The translations under genes were made by a program, and so were the position numbers. From positions 2,074 to 66,073 of the IMG/VR virus record IMGVR_UViG_3300033070_001454: 64,000 nucleotides of DNA, one strand, 5' to 3'. This DNA comes from a virus. Its lineage: Duplodnaviria; Caudoviricetes. Below, piece by piece: positions 9,255 through 18,728 of the stretch. The stretch's first letter is position 1; each line of letters begins with the position of its first letter. The notes under the pieces were generated by a model, which saw nothing but the letters and a program-made list of their open reading frames with translations, did not search any database and was not told the DNA's origin.

Positions 9255-10913
9255 ATGAAATTCATCAACGAATCGGAGATCATCGCCAAGTGGGCCCCTG
9301 TAATCGAGGCCGCAACGACGATTTCTGACAAGGGCCGGCTCACTTGGATGTCCAAGATGTGCCACGTCCACGAGCTGTTCGAGAATGGTCTCCTTCTGGA
9401 GAACAACTCCTACGCTCAACTTACCTCTGTGAACGGCATGGGTGATACCAGGTTCCCTGGCAACCCAACCACACAGGCAAACTTCAGGAACCAGACCCCT
9501 GGCTCCGGTGACAAGGCTACCCTCCTGCCTCTCGCAATGCAGGTCGCAGCTCAAACGATCGGCTTGGACCTCGTCCCTGTCGTTCCGATGGGTTCGCCGA
9601 TCGGCATCCACACCTACATGGACTATGTCTATGCTGGTGGTAAGACGGCTGGAACGGGCACCGACATCCCTCTGATGGTCAAACTGAACTATGGCACGAC
9701 TGCTACACCTCCTACCTTCACGCAAGGTGCGACGTCTGCAACGTCCAACGGTATCAGCTTCTCTGTCATCGGTGTGTCGAGGATCGATGGTTTCCCCATC
9801 CTCCATGTCCGCGGATCGCTGACCTCTGGCTCGGTCCTGTCGAACGCACAAACCATCCTGAACTCCGGTCCTGGTATCGGCGTCGGTGGTGCTACCGGTA
9901 CGACCGGCGGTAACGCGTTCACGATCGATCTCGTGAAGGCTCTCGAAGACCACGTCGTCGGATTCTCCGGCGACGCCCTCGCTAACCTGACTTACACCGG
10001 TGAGACCTTCACCCCGTACAGCAGGCTGCAAGGTGAGACGACGATGGACAACGTGATGGGCCTCCAGCTCTTCAACAAGTCCGTCGAGGCTAAGACCTTC
10101 CAGGTTGCAGCCGCTGTGACCCGTGAACAGGTCCAAGACCTGAAGCAGTTCGGTATCGATGCCATCGCGCAAGTCGAGTCCGTCCTGATCAACGAGGTGA
10201 CGCAGTCGATCAACAAGAACATCCTCGGCAGGCTGTTCGAACTCGGCGAAAGGAACCACGTGAAGGTCATCCGCACGCAAGGCACCAACTTCTTCGTGAA
10301 CTTGGGCGCTACTGCTGTGACTGTGACGGCCTCTGCGTCCCTGAACACCGCAACCGCTTTCGGTAGCTACATCAACGACACCACCCTGTTGGCGACGACG
10401 ATGCCTGCGACCGAGAACGTGAACTCGGCCTCCGAGAACCTCCACACCCGTCAGAGGAAGATCATGTCCAAGATCCTCGCGATCTCCAACATGATCGCTA
10501 CCCGCGGTAGGCGTGGACCTGCGACGTTCGTCGTCACGAACGCGCAAGTGTGCTCGGCCCTGCAAGACTGCGCCGGTTTCGTCGCAGCCCCAATGGCCAA
10601 CACGATGAACCAGATGGGCGGTTCCCTCTACCCAGTGGGTACCCTCGCTGGCCTCGCGGTCTACAGCGACCCGAACATGGCCTGGAACGACACCCGCTTC
10701 TGCGTGGGTAGGAAGGGCACCGGCGACGAGCCTGGTGTGATCTTCATGCCTTACCTGATGGCGGAGAGCGTCCAAGCCATCGTCGAAGGCACCATGTCTC
10801 CGAAGATCGCCGTCAAGTCGAGGTACGCCCTCGTCGAGGCTGGCTTCTTCCCAGAGACGATGTACCTCACCTCCGGTGTGTACATGGGAGCACAGTTCGG
10901 TGCACTGGTCTAA
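9255..10913 (+). CDS. gp23: Major capsid protein (T4 gp23-like)
   Basis: KWAPVIE, DLVPVVPM..P, TREQVQDLK.FGIDA...VES.L.NE..Q.IN, GRRG.A.FVV, FMPY, PKIAVKSRYAL. Confidence 0.96.
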   Translation: MKFINESEIIAKWAPVIEAATTISDKGRLTWMSKMCHVHELFENGLLLENNSYAQLTSVNGMGDTRFPGNPTTQANFRNQTPGSGDKATLLPLAMQVAAQTIGLDLVPVVPMGSPIGIHTYMDYVYAGGKTAGTGTDIPLMVKLNYGTTATPPTFTQGATSATSNGISFSVIGVSRIDGFPILHVRGSLTSGSVLSNAQTILNSGPGIGVGGATGTTGGNAFTIDLVKALEDHVVGFSGDALANLTYTGETFTPYSRLQGETTMDNVMGLQLFNKSVEAKTFQVAAAVTREQVQDLKQFGIDAIAQVESVLINEVTQSINKNILGRLFELGERNHVKVIRTQGTNFFVNLGATAVTVTASASLNTATAFGSYINDTTLLATTMPATENVNSASENLHTRQRKIMSKILAISNMIATRGRRGPATFVVTNAQVCSALQDCAGFVAAPMANTMNQMGGSLYPVGTLAGLAVYSDPNMAWNDTRFCVGRKGTGDEPGVIFMPYLMAESVQAIVEGTMSPKIAVKSRYALVEAGFFPETMYLTSGVYMGAQFGALV

Positions 10914-10933
10914 GCCAGAAAACGCAACAAACG

Positions 10934-10966
10934 GAACGGCGGCCTTCGGGTCGCCGTTCTTGTTTT
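10934..10966 (+). terminator. Intrinsic terminator after the capsid gene
   Basis: GAACGGCGGCC-TTCG-GGTCGCCGTTC: 11-bp stem with a cUUCGg loop, followed by TTGTTTT. Confidence 0.9.
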
Positions 10967-10994
10967 CCGGGCATAGGAACGCCATGTCGAAAAG

Positions 10995-11141
10995 GTGTTG
11001 GCCATCCTCGCCACACAGTTGAAGGAGATCAAGCAGAATGGGCCAGACGATAACCATCCGAACCCGTATGTGAAGGTGCCAATCGACCGCGACCTTGTGA
11101 AGTTCATGGTCTGTAAGGTGCTCAGCGAGTACCTAGTTTGA
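10995..11141 (+). CDS. Possible small ORF (48 aa, GTG start)
   Basis: Open frame filling the gap, with phage-like codon usage; not in the ORF track. Confidence 0.35.
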   Translation: MLAILATQLKEIKQNGPDDNHPNPYVKVPIDRDLVKFMVCKVLSEYLV

Positions 11142-11152
11142 CCGATACCAGG

Positions 11153-11175
11153 GTCCAACAGATTGTGTATGTTTG
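11153..11175 (+). promoter_or_regulatory. Bacteroidota-type -7 promoter element (TATGTTTG) in a duplicated 23-mer
   Basis: GTCCAACAGATTGTGTATGTTTG; near-identical copy at 11580-11602. Confidence 0.7.
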
Positions 11176-11181
11176 CCGACC

Positions 11182-11565
11182 ATGAGAAAGGCAGCTCGCA
11201 TAGTCTATGACCGCAGTTACGGTTTGCCAGGTCACATCGTCTTGCGTGGACAATCGAGCGATATGAAGCTCGCCAATGAGCTCTCGATCGAACTCGTGAT
11301 CCTGAGCAAATTCATCTGGGGCCGGGGCGCATCTGCCAACTCGATCTTCAATACGGGCTCGATCATGATCAAGTTTCAGGCTGATGCCGAGACGAACAGC
11401 CGGCGTGCGAGAACATTGGCTTGGGCTTGGCGGCTTGCGAAGGCCCAAGGGATCGACATTCACAAGCTTCCGACTTACAGTTCCCAGAAGGCAGCGGCCG
11501 AGGATGGCATGTTCACTGAGGATCGGTACACGATTTCCTCAAGGCTCTCGAAGTTCATATCCTGA
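11182..11565 (+). CDS. Hypothetical protein
   Basis: ORF starting just after the promoter element. Confidence 0.55.
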   Translation: MRKAARIVYDRSYGLPGHIVLRGQSSDMKLANELSIELVILSKFIWGRGASANSIFNTGSIMIKFQADAETNSRRARTLAWAWRLAKAQGIDIHKLPTYSSQKAAAEDGMFTEDRYTISSRLSKFIS

Positions 11566-11579
11566 TTGGATTTCTCCGA

Positions 11580-11602
11580 GTCCGACAGATTGTGTATATT
11601 TG
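11580..11602 (+). promoter_or_regulatory. Bacteroidota-type -7 promoter element (TATATTTG), second copy
   Basis: GTCCGACAGATTGTGTATATTTG, 2 mismatches to 11153-11175. Confidence 0.7.
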
Positions 11603-11623
11603 TCCATCCAAACATCCACAGGA

Positions 11624-12049
11624 ATGGCACACATCACGTACGACTGGTCCTCCATCGAGGCCTCGTTGGATTCTGGCGACAACACCGCTCAGGATGAGCT
11701 CAACGCTCTGCAGCACCTCTTCACCCAACGGCGCAAGCGCAAGAACGCTGAGCGGATCGCCAATGACAAGCTTGCCCGAATCAAAGCGCTGAAGGACGCC
11801 GAACCGAACACTCCGATCTACTACAAAGGAGCGACGCCTGATCTCTGGGGCAAGAATCTGGAATGCATGCTCAAGTCCGGCGATGGACGCACTCGCATGA
11901 AAGTCCAAGTCAAATCGAAAGGCGGACAGTTCCGTGAGTGGACCATCCCATACGAGTCCATCTCTTTGGACTATCGAGACCAGACCGATCACATCGATCG
12001 AACTGCTGGATTCAGCCTCCAGTTCCGTATGAGTGAGAAGAAGTGGTGA
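11624..12049 (+). CDS. Hypothetical protein
   Basis: ATG 11624 (MAHITYDW) follows the promoter; the longer ORF-track start overlaps the upstream gene. Confidence 0.6.
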   Translation: MAHITYDWSSIEASLDSGDNTAQDELNALQHLFTQRRKRKNAERIANDKLARIKALKDAEPNTPIYYKGATPDLWGKNLECMLKSGDGRTRMKVQVKSKGGQFREWTIPYESISLDYRDQTDHIDRTAGFSLQFRMSEKKW

Positions 12050-12074
12050 ACTGAGCCCTGCGATGCCCTGGCCA

Positions 12075-12082
12075 AATAGATA
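12075..12082 (+). promoter_or_regulatory. Putative late promoter (AATAGATA)
   Basis: 4 nt before ATG 12087; context CCAAATAGATAGGGC is identical at 32396-32410. Confidence 0.7.
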
Positions 12083-12086
12083 GGGC

Positions 12087-12623
12087 ATGCCAATGCGTAA
12101 CATCAAGCCCAGCCTGAGAGTGGCCGCGGCTAACGAGTGGGCCGACTACGCTCGGATCTGTGGCCGCTTCGGACACACGCCTACCGAGGAAGAGAAGCGT
12201 GAGATCCTGAAGTTCATCGTCCTGATGACCTCTTCTGGCAGCGCTACCCTCTGTGAATCAGACGTCACCGAATCGGTAGATCTGCTGATGGAAGGGCATG
12301 GGCATGACCATGAGGACTTCAAGTTCTTCGATGAGGATGGCCATGGTGGACATGGTGGTCACGCTGGTCACGCTGACGGCATCGAGATTGGGAAGTATGT
12401 AGCCTACATTTTCAAGAGACCCAGGATCATGGGGTTGTTCTCCGAGGAGATGAGGGACGAGTTCTCGAAGATCCAGAGCTGGTCCATCCTCCTCGAGAAG
12501 AAGAAGAAATTGGCTGAGCTGCGTGGAGACACATTCTCGGCAGGCGACTACCCGAAGATGTACTCTGGCCGTGGCGGAGATTCGATGAACATCTCATACA
12601 AACCAAAGCCACACGGTCACTGA
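12087..12623 (+). CDS. Hypothetical protein with His/Gly-rich segment
   Basis: GHGHDHEDFKFFDEDGHGGHGGHAGHADG; LCES and VTES motifs. Confidence 0.65.
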   Translation: MPMRNIKPSLRVAAANEWADYARICGRFGHTPTEEEKREILKFIVLMTSSGSATLCESDVTESVDLLMEGHGHDHEDFKFFDEDGHGGHGGHAGHADGIEIGKYVAYIFKRPRIMGLFSEEMRDEFSKIQSWSILLEKKKKLAELRGDTFSAGDYPKMYSGRGGDSMNISYKPKPHGH

Positions 12624-13573
12624 TGGCCAACGACAGAGTCAAATCCCAGATCGATCGCCTCAAGGAGACGAGGAAGAAGATCGAAGACGCCATCGCCAAA
12701 TACGATCAGACGATCGAGGCGATGAAGGGCAAGGAAGATCCAGGGTCCAAGAACAAGAGGAAGATGATCAATGGCGCGCTGGAGAAGCTTCGCGCGCAGA
12801 AGGAACAGGTCTCTTCCGAGATCGAGAAACTCGAGGGCCAGCACGCCACATCAGATGATCCGGATAAACTGGAGAAGGAGATCAAGGAGCTCCAGGATCG
12901 GCTCAGCCAGCAGAACGATGTGACCGACAAGAAGATCGGGAGCATCAGGGAAAGGATCGATCAACTGACCGAGGACAACGATCTGTTAGAGCACCTCATG
13001 GCCAAGGAGAGGCTCAAACTCAAGATCAGGTATTACCGTGAGGTCCAGAAGCACATCACTAACAAGAAGGACCGAGAGGAGATAGCCGCGAGGCTCCAAG
13101 AAGAGGATGTGAAGCTGAAGGATTGGGACGAGAAGTTCGCCGCCGTGATCAAGGAAGTCGACGACAAACACGGCGACGATCAAGAGGTCAAGGACGCGAA
13201 GGAGAAGGCCCAAGGCGAGATGGAGAAAGAGAAGGAGCGGATAGCCGAGATCTCGAAGCTTCACCAGGAATTGGAATCTGCCTACAGCGAACCGGCCAAG
13301 AAAGGGATCCAAGACCGAATCGATAAGCTCGAGAAGGAACGCCTCGAGTCCGACGTTGAGTCCGGCAAGAAGACCAAGGAAGAGGCGAAGGAGAGCAATG
13401 AGATCAAGGACCTCAAGAAGAAGATAGCCGAGTTGGAATCGGCGGAGAAGGACCTGGCGGATTCGAAGGAGAAGGGCTCGGCCGACAAGCTTGGCGCCGT
13501 GCAAGCGATCCTCAAAAACTACCGCAAGAAGCTGGAGGACGCACAGAAGGATACCAAGAAGAGCGACAGTTGA
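12623..13573 (+). CDS. Highly charged coiled-coil protein
   Basis: 316 aa dominated by K/E/D/L in heptad-like patterns. Confidence 0.7.
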   Translation: MANDRVKSQIDRLKETRKKIEDAIAKYDQTIEAMKGKEDPGSKNKRKMINGALEKLRAQKEQVSSEIEKLEGQHATSDDPDKLEKEIKELQDRLSQQNDVTDKKIGSIRERIDQLTEDNDLLEHLMAKERLKLKIRYYREVQKHITNKKDREEIAARLQEEDVKLKDWDEKFAAVIKEVDDKHGDDQEVKDAKEKAQGEMEKEKERIAEISKLHQELESAYSEPAKKGIQDRIDKLEKERLESDVESGKKTKEEAKESNEIKDLKKKIAELESAEKDLADSKEKGSADKLGAVQAILKNYRKKLEDAQKDTKKSDS

Positions 13574-14058
13574 GAAAGGCGCCACATGCTAAGGTCATCA
13601 AGACCAGCAACCCTTATAGCCGTTCGAAGCACGGTGTGTTGACGGAGGGCCTGAGCCGTAGGCACATGCGGGTTCTCGAGAGGAACTCCGAGCTCAGGGA
13701 TTGGACCGCCGACGAGATAGCCTGCGCGTTCGCCATCGCCGAGGCCAAGGTGCTCTCGAAGAGGAAGAAGAAGACCGCATTCCATACACTGGATGGCGAG
13801 GAGTATTTCTTCGTCTCGATGCCCAAACCGGAGTTCATGGTCAGGTGGAGGTGCGCGTATTGCACCAAATCGATCATCGCAAGGATCAATGACACCAGTT
13901 CGTTAGCGTGCAAGAGGTGCTCCCATCGGATAGCTACGAACGAGGGCCCGTTGATCTCTTCATTCGTCGATTTCATGAGCCACTGTAAGACGGCGATGAT
14001 GAGGCGTAAGCGTTACATACTAAAGTACATCAGGAAAAACCGAAAGCCCAACCAATGA
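13570..14058 (+). CDS. Hypothetical protein with two CxxC motifs (zinc-ribbon-like)
   Basis: CAYC...CKRC; overlaps neighbours at both ends. Confidence 0.55.
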   Translation: MRKAPHAKVIKTSNPYSRSKHGVLTEGLSRRHMRVLERNSELRDWTADEIACAFAIAEAKVLSKRKKKTAFHTLDGEEYFFVSMPKPEFMVRWRCAYCTKSIIARINDTSSLACKRCSHRIATNEGPLISSFVDFMSHCKTAMMRRKRYILKYIRKNRKPNQ

Positions 14059-15497
14059 ACGAGTTTCTTCTCACTGAAGCGAAGTCCACAAAGCTTCAGC
14101 TCGTGGTGCTCTCGAATGTCAAGGCCTCCTCCAGCACAGTTGAGGCCATCGAGAAGGAATGCTCCAAGCGTGGAGTCAAGTGCAGGGCGATCAACATCAA
14201 TTCGTTCAAGATCAAGCCGCTCAAGGGCGGATCCAGTTTCAGCCTCGACGATGACAAGCAGAAACCGATCGTCATCGACCCCGACGACACTGTCATACTC
14301 TGTAGGGCAGCAGTGGCACAGAACACCCGTTCCATGTCGCTCGTATCCTTGCTCGAGGATAACCGGTTCTATGTGGTCAACAGCTTAGCGTCGATCACAG
14401 CGTGTAGGAACAAGTACGTCACGACGAAGATCCTACAGGACAACAAGATCGACGTTCCAAGGACCACCCTTCTAACGGAAGAGGACCAGATCACGGATGC
14501 GGTCTCCGAAGTCGGTGGCAAGTTCCCTATCGTGATGAAGCTGCTAGATGGCACACACGGTATCGGCGTCTCCATCGTCGAGTCAGAATCATCGCTCAAG
14601 TCGATCCTTCAGACGATTTGGAAGCTCAAGCCAGGAACCGAGATCATCCTTCAAGAGAAGATCGAATCGAAGTTCGACCTTCGCATCCATGTGCTCTCGA
14701 AGAACATCGACCCTAAGCAGAATGGCGACACCGAGGTGATCGCAGCGATGAAGAGGAGCAGGGTCAAGAAGGATTTTCGGACCAACTACTCACTCGGCGG
14801 ATCGGTCGACAAGGTGAAGATCACCGAGGAACAGGAAGAGATGGCCAGAAGGGCCGCCACTGCGATAGGTTGCCAGTGGTGTGGAGTGGACATCATCGTC
14901 GATTCCAAGACTGGTAAGAACTATGTCCTGGAGATCAACTCCTCGCCTGGCACGAAAGGGATCACCCAAGCCTCAGGGATCGATGTGCTCGGCCTTGTCC
15001 TCGATTTCATCCTGGACAAGTCCAATTGGATCTCTTCGAAGCGCAGGGTCGCTGGCTTCCGTGAAGTGATCACTGTCCCTGGCATCGGCAATCTGGTGGC
15101 GAAGCTGGACACCGGCAACGGCTCTGTGGCCTGTTCGATAACGTACGACACCGCGGAGCAGGACGGCAAGTTCATGAACTGGACCGTTGGGAAGAAGAAG
15201 ATGCGGAACAAGTACGTCGGTATGAGCCAGACCGAGGTTGGCTCCGAACAGCAGAAGAGGAAGATGATCGAACTGGACATCGTCTTCGCCGGCAAGCTCT
15301 ACAAGAAGGTGAACGTGGCATTGGTGCAACGCACGAACAAGAGCACGCCATTCCTGATCAATCGGCAGTTCCTACAGAGGATCGGCTGCACAGTGGATCC
15401 GCTCAAGACCTTCCTGTTATCTGACTCCCCGAAGGGATACACTCCAATGGACGCCAAAGCTGACGCTTACGGCGGCATCGAATTCATGGAGGATTGA
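14055..15497 (+). CDS. rimK: RimK-family ATP-grasp ligase fused to a C-terminal retropepsin-like (RimB-type) protease
   Basis: NKYVT..IL...I.VPRT, PIVMK..GTHGIGV, QEKI, DLRIHV, FRTNYSLGG, GVDII, LEINSSPG; C-terminal AKLDTGNG and FLINRQFL. Confidence 0.85.
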   Translation: MNEFLLTEAKSTKLQLVVLSNVKASSSTVEAIEKECSKRGVKCRAININSFKIKPLKGGSSFSLDDDKQKPIVIDPDDTVILCRAAVAQNTRSMSLVSLLEDNRFYVVNSLASITACRNKYVTTKILQDNKIDVPRTTLLTEEDQITDAVSEVGGKFPIVMKLLDGTHGIGVSIVESESSLKSILQTIWKLKPGTEIILQEKIESKFDLRIHVLSKNIDPKQNGDTEVIAAMKRSRVKKDFRTNYSLGGSVDKVKITEEQEEMARRAATAIGCQWCGVDIIVDSKTGKNYVLEINSSPGTKGITQASGIDVLGLVLDFILDKSNWISSKRRVAGFREVITVPGIGNLVAKLDTGNGSVACSITYDTAEQDGKFMNWTVGKKKMRNKYVGMSQTEVGSEQQKRKMIELDIVFAGKLYKKVNVALVQRTNKSTPFLINRQFLQRIGCTVDPLKTFLLSDSPKGYTPMDAKADAYGGIEFMED

Positions 15498-15538
15498 TCT
15501 CGGCAAAGGACATACGAAGCCTGTAGGCCGTTTAGTGT

Positions 15539-15546
15539 TACATTTG
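15539..15546 (+). promoter_or_regulatory. Bacteroidota-type -7 element (TACATTTG)
   Basis: TAnnTTTG upstream of the clamp-loader/exonuclease gene run. Confidence 0.6.
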
Positions 15547-15549
15547 TCG

Positions 15550-15693
15550 ATGAAGAGGCTCCTGAAGCTTCGTTGGACCATGGCTTTTGCCACCCTCGCT
15601 CTCATCTCGGTCGATTCTTTCGGCTCATGGGCGCTTGGGGTGATGTTCACCATCGTCTCGTCCGTGACCGTCTTCAGGGCCTTCAAGCGCTGA
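15550..15693 (+). CDS. Small membrane protein (47 aa)
   Basis: MKRLLKLRWTMAFATLALISVDSFGSWALGVMFTIVSSVTVFRAFKR; below the ORF-track cutoff. Confidence 0.55.
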   Translation: MKRLLKLRWTMAFATLALISVDSFGSWALGVMFTIVSSVTVFRAFKR

Positions 15694-15696
15694 TCA

Positions 15697-15921
15697 ATGG
15701 ATTACCTTAGCCAGTTGCTCCTAGACCAAAGGATCAGGGAGTTAGCAGACCAGTTCAAGGAGGAGAAGAAGCTCGCGACTGTAGAGCTGTCCGACATGGC
15801 CGATGAGTTCGGCCTCAAGTACTTCACTGCCTTCCAACAGTTCAACGAGAACTACAGGCAGCTCAATGAGCCAGACCACATCTATCGGATCAACATCGGC
15901 AAAAACATAGAAACGAAATGA
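15697..15921 (+). CDS. Hypothetical protein
   Basis: ATGA overlap with the clamp loader. Confidence 0.6.
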   Translation: MDYLSQLLLDQRIRELADQFKEEKKLATVELSDMADEFGLKYFTAFQQFNENYRQLNEPDHIYRINIGKNIETK

Positions 15922-16865
15922 TAGACAACCTCATCTGGACTGAGAAGTACAGGCCAAAGACGCTCGATGACCTGATCCTTCCTTCGAGGATCATCGACAA
16001 GCTCAAGTCTGGCCCATACCAGAATTTCCTGTTCTATGGCGCTCCTGGAGCTGGCAAAACGTCAGCGGCCAAGGTGCTGGCGATGGGTGTGTCTAGCAAG
16101 TTCATCAACTGCTCGTCGGAGACTGGAGTCGACAACGTCAGGAACTCAATCACCGATTTCTGCTCAACCGCCTCGGTCTTCGCCGAGGAAGGCACGCATA
16201 AGGTGGTCATCCTCGACGAGATCGAGGGCGTTAGCGAGGCCTATTTCAAAGCGCTGCGTGGCACGATCGAACAGTTCCATTCAACGACCAGGTTCATCGC
16301 CACGACTAACAACTTCGCGAAGATACCAGAGGCCATCCAATCCAGGTTCGAGTGCATCTCGTTCGACTTCGACAGGGAGGAATCCGAGGAGATGGAGAAG
16401 CGGTGTTACCGCCGAGTCTATGACATCATGAAGTCGGAAGGCATGAGTGCGACCAAGGAAGGCCTGGTCGAGCTCGTCAAGCGCAACTTCCCAGATCTCA
16501 GGCGAGTAGTGAGCACCCTCCAAGGCCTCAAGCAGCAAGGCATCACCAAGCTGACCGAGGACGATGTGTCGAAGTACAGGGGCACCTACACCGAGGTCTT
16601 CGATCACATCCTGGCGGGCCCAGACACAGTCTCGAACTACAAGCTCATCGTCGGTTCCTACTCTAACCAGATCGATGAGATCATCTTGGCCTTGGGCCGC
16701 GATTTCTTGGAACACATCGAATCCTCGAAGCCCGAGCTCACAAAAAAGTTGGGTGAGATCCTCTGGGAGGTAAATTTGCACTCGTACCAGTCGCGATTCG
16801 CGTTGGATCCATTGGTGACTCTTCTGTCTCTCATGCACAGGATCCAAATCATCATCGCCAAATGA
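15918..16865 (+). CDS. gp44: Clamp loader AAA+ subunit (T4 gp44/RFC-like)
   Basis: WTEKYRP, Walker A GAPGAGKT, Walker B ILDEIEG, IQSRF, FPDLRR. Confidence 0.93.
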   Translation: MIDNLIWTEKYRPKTLDDLILPSRIIDKLKSGPYQNFLFYGAPGAGKTSAAKVLAMGVSSKFINCSSETGVDNVRNSITDFCSTASVFAEEGTHKVVILDEIEGVSEAYFKALRGTIEQFHSTTRFIATTNNFAKIPEAIQSRFECISFDFDREESEEMEKRCYRRVYDIMKSEGMSATKEGLVELVKRNFPDLRRVVSTLQGLKQQGITKLTEDDVSKYRGTYTEVFDHILAGPDTVSNYKLIVGSYSNQIDEIILALGRDFLEHIESSKPELTKKLGEILWEVNLHSYQSRFALDPLVTLLSLMHRIQIIIAK

Positions 16866-18088
16866 GCTGCACCGTCCTCTTCGATGGCAACAACTTCTTG
16901 CACCGCACGTTCCATGTCTCCGCTAGGATCAAGGAGTCTTTCTCCAAGGTGCCACTCGATTTCAACGGCGATCCAGAGACCGACCGGAACATACTCCTTT
17001 CCAAGCTAGCGACTGACTTCGTGTCCGAGGCGAGGAAGTTCTCAAAGGTGGCCGACCAGATCGTCTACTGTATCGATGCGCAGTCCTGGCGCAAGCTCGC
17101 GTTCCCATTGGAGGCCTATAAGGGCACCCGCAAGCGCGAGGCCTCCATCAACTGGAATGGGGTCTTCGACGCCCACGAGCAGTTCGTTGCCTCCTTAGCC
17201 GAACACGGCGTCCATATCTCAAGGGCACAGGGCGCCGAGGCCGACGACCTCATCTTCAACTGGTGCAACAGCCTTAATCACTGGGGCTCACGTAACTGCA
17301 TCATCATCTCCGGCGACAACGACCTTCTACAGCTCGTCTCGAAGGACGATTCCAGCGGGCACTGGACGATCTACTACAACAAATTCGATCGCTTCTTCAA
17401 GGTCTTCCCATCGTTCAACTCATGGTTGGCTGAGCAGCCGAAGCCAGGCTCCCTCTTCGACCTTGGCACATTCGCTAAGGACGAGCGCGAGGATCTCCAG
17501 CTCATCATCAAGGGCGAATCTGGCATCGACACGATCAACGCGACCGAGTACATCTTCTCCAAAATCCTTCTCGGCGACAGCGGCGACAACGTCCCACCAG
17601 TTTACTCCAGGACCAAACAGACCAAGGCCGGTGAGAAGACATTCAAGTTCTCTGACAAGATGGCCCGTGAGGTCCTCAACGATTTCAAATCCAAAGCATC
17701 GACAGTCTTCGTCAACCAGTTCCACCTGTTCGACGACCAGTGCATCAGGATGATAGCCGAGCTGGCCATCCAGAAGATGAAGATCGATGATCGCACTGTG
17801 GATGAGCTGATGGAACGCTGGAAGACCAACCGTGACATGCTCTTCCTCCACCACAAGTGCATCCCATCGTATGTCCTTGAGAACATGAACAAGGACTATG
17901 AGGCTGGCAAATCGTCCAGGATCAACAAGTCGATGACCAAGGAATCGGTCCTGGCTAAGACTGATTGGTTCGATTGGCAAGCGGTAGGCGGACCCATCAA
18001 GACCTCGAACGAACCTGACACTGTCATAAAAGAGGAACACGATCCCAAGGGCGGCTTCGATCGCTCCAAATGGGACCTGTTCAAATGA
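16862..18088 (+). CDS. rnh: 5'-3' exonuclease / T4 RNase H (FEN1 family)
   Basis: LFDGNNF, SWRK...YKGTR, EADDLI, ISGDNDLLQL, LLGDSGDNVP. Confidence 0.9.
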   Translation: MSCTVLFDGNNFLHRTFHVSARIKESFSKVPLDFNGDPETDRNILLSKLATDFVSEARKFSKVADQIVYCIDAQSWRKLAFPLEAYKGTRKREASINWNGVFDAHEQFVASLAEHGVHISRAQGAEADDLIFNWCNSLNHWGSRNCIIISGDNDLLQLVSKDDSSGHWTIYYNKFDRFFKVFPSFNSWLAEQPKPGSLFDLGTFAKDEREDLQLIIKGESGIDTINATEYIFSKILLGDSGDNVPPVYSRTKQTKAGEKTFKFSDKMAREVLNDFKSKASTVFVNQFHLFDDQCIRMIAELAIQKMKIDDRTVDELMERWKTNRDMLFLHHKCIPSYVLENMNKDYEAGKSSRINKSMTKESVLAKTDWFDWQAVGGPIKTSNEPDTVIKEEHDPKGGFDRSKWDLFK

Positions 18089-18312
18089 CAGAACAAGAGA
18101 GATTCCGCTATGCGATCGAGGCCCTGTCGGCCGAGATCCAGGGCCTTCGAAAGGACCTCAAGGCCAACACGAAAGCCATCAACGAGAGCGTCAGGATGGA
18201 ACGGTTGGCCGCCTTCAGCGAGCAGTACATCTCCGAAGAGACATTGAAGGAGATCTCGAAAGACATCGACGACGAAGACAAGGTTGAAGACAAGGTTGAA
18301 GAGGAGGAATAA
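18085..18312 (+). CDS. Small acidic coiled-coil protein
   Basis: ATGA overlap; acidic tail with a short EDKV duplication. Confidence 0.55.
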   Translation: MTEQERFRYAIEALSAEIQGLRKDLKANTKAINESVRMERLAAFSEQYISEETLKEISKDIDDEDKVEDKVEEEE

Positions 18313-18317
18313 GGAAC

Positions 18318-18728
18318 ATGCAGCTGTTTGACCTCATCAAGGTGATGTTCACTGATCCTAGGGCGTACTCTGGGATCTCCTGGAACGATAGGGCAAAGAA
18401 CCTGTTCATGGTCCAGAGGATCATGAGCATCACATTTCCGAGCGCGGCGCAAGCGTTCAACCGTGTTGGCACGAACCCAGCTGGAGTGGTCGATCACTGG
18501 CAGCGACAGGCTGCCATCCATGGCAGGGTGCCAGGATGGGTGTTCACCAAGACCAAGAAGGCGGATAAGGACAAGGACAAGACTTGGGTGCCAGACAAGC
18601 AGGCTGCGCTAGAGTGGATGCGGCACAACCAACTGGGACAGAGGGACCTCGACATGGCCATTGCTCAGGATCCAGTTGCGATGAAGGAGCTGCTCCAGAG
18701 CATCACAAAGACAATGAAGCCAGAATGA
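18318..18728 (+). CDS. Possible clamp loader small subunit (gp62-like)
   Basis: Size, proximity to gp44 and pattern LFDLIK...FMVQRIMS...W..TKTKK loosely resemble gp62. Confidence 0.45.
   Translation: MQLFDLIKVMFTDPRAYSGISWNDRAKNLFMVQRIMSITFPSAAQAFNRVGTNPAGVVDHWQRQAAIHGRVPGWVFTKTKKADKDKDKTWVPDKQAALEWMRHNQLGQRDLDMAIAQDPVAMKELLQSITKTMKPE

Noticed and set aside
9234-11057. 607-aa minus-strand ORF antisense to the capsid gene, and many similar long antisense ORFs in the track
   Set aside because: Best explained by the strong codon bias of the + strand genes suppressing antisense stops; no recognisable motifs
18276-18305. Short GAAGACAAGGTT tandem duplication
   Set aside because: Only a 4-aa duplication in an acidic tail; no functional signal
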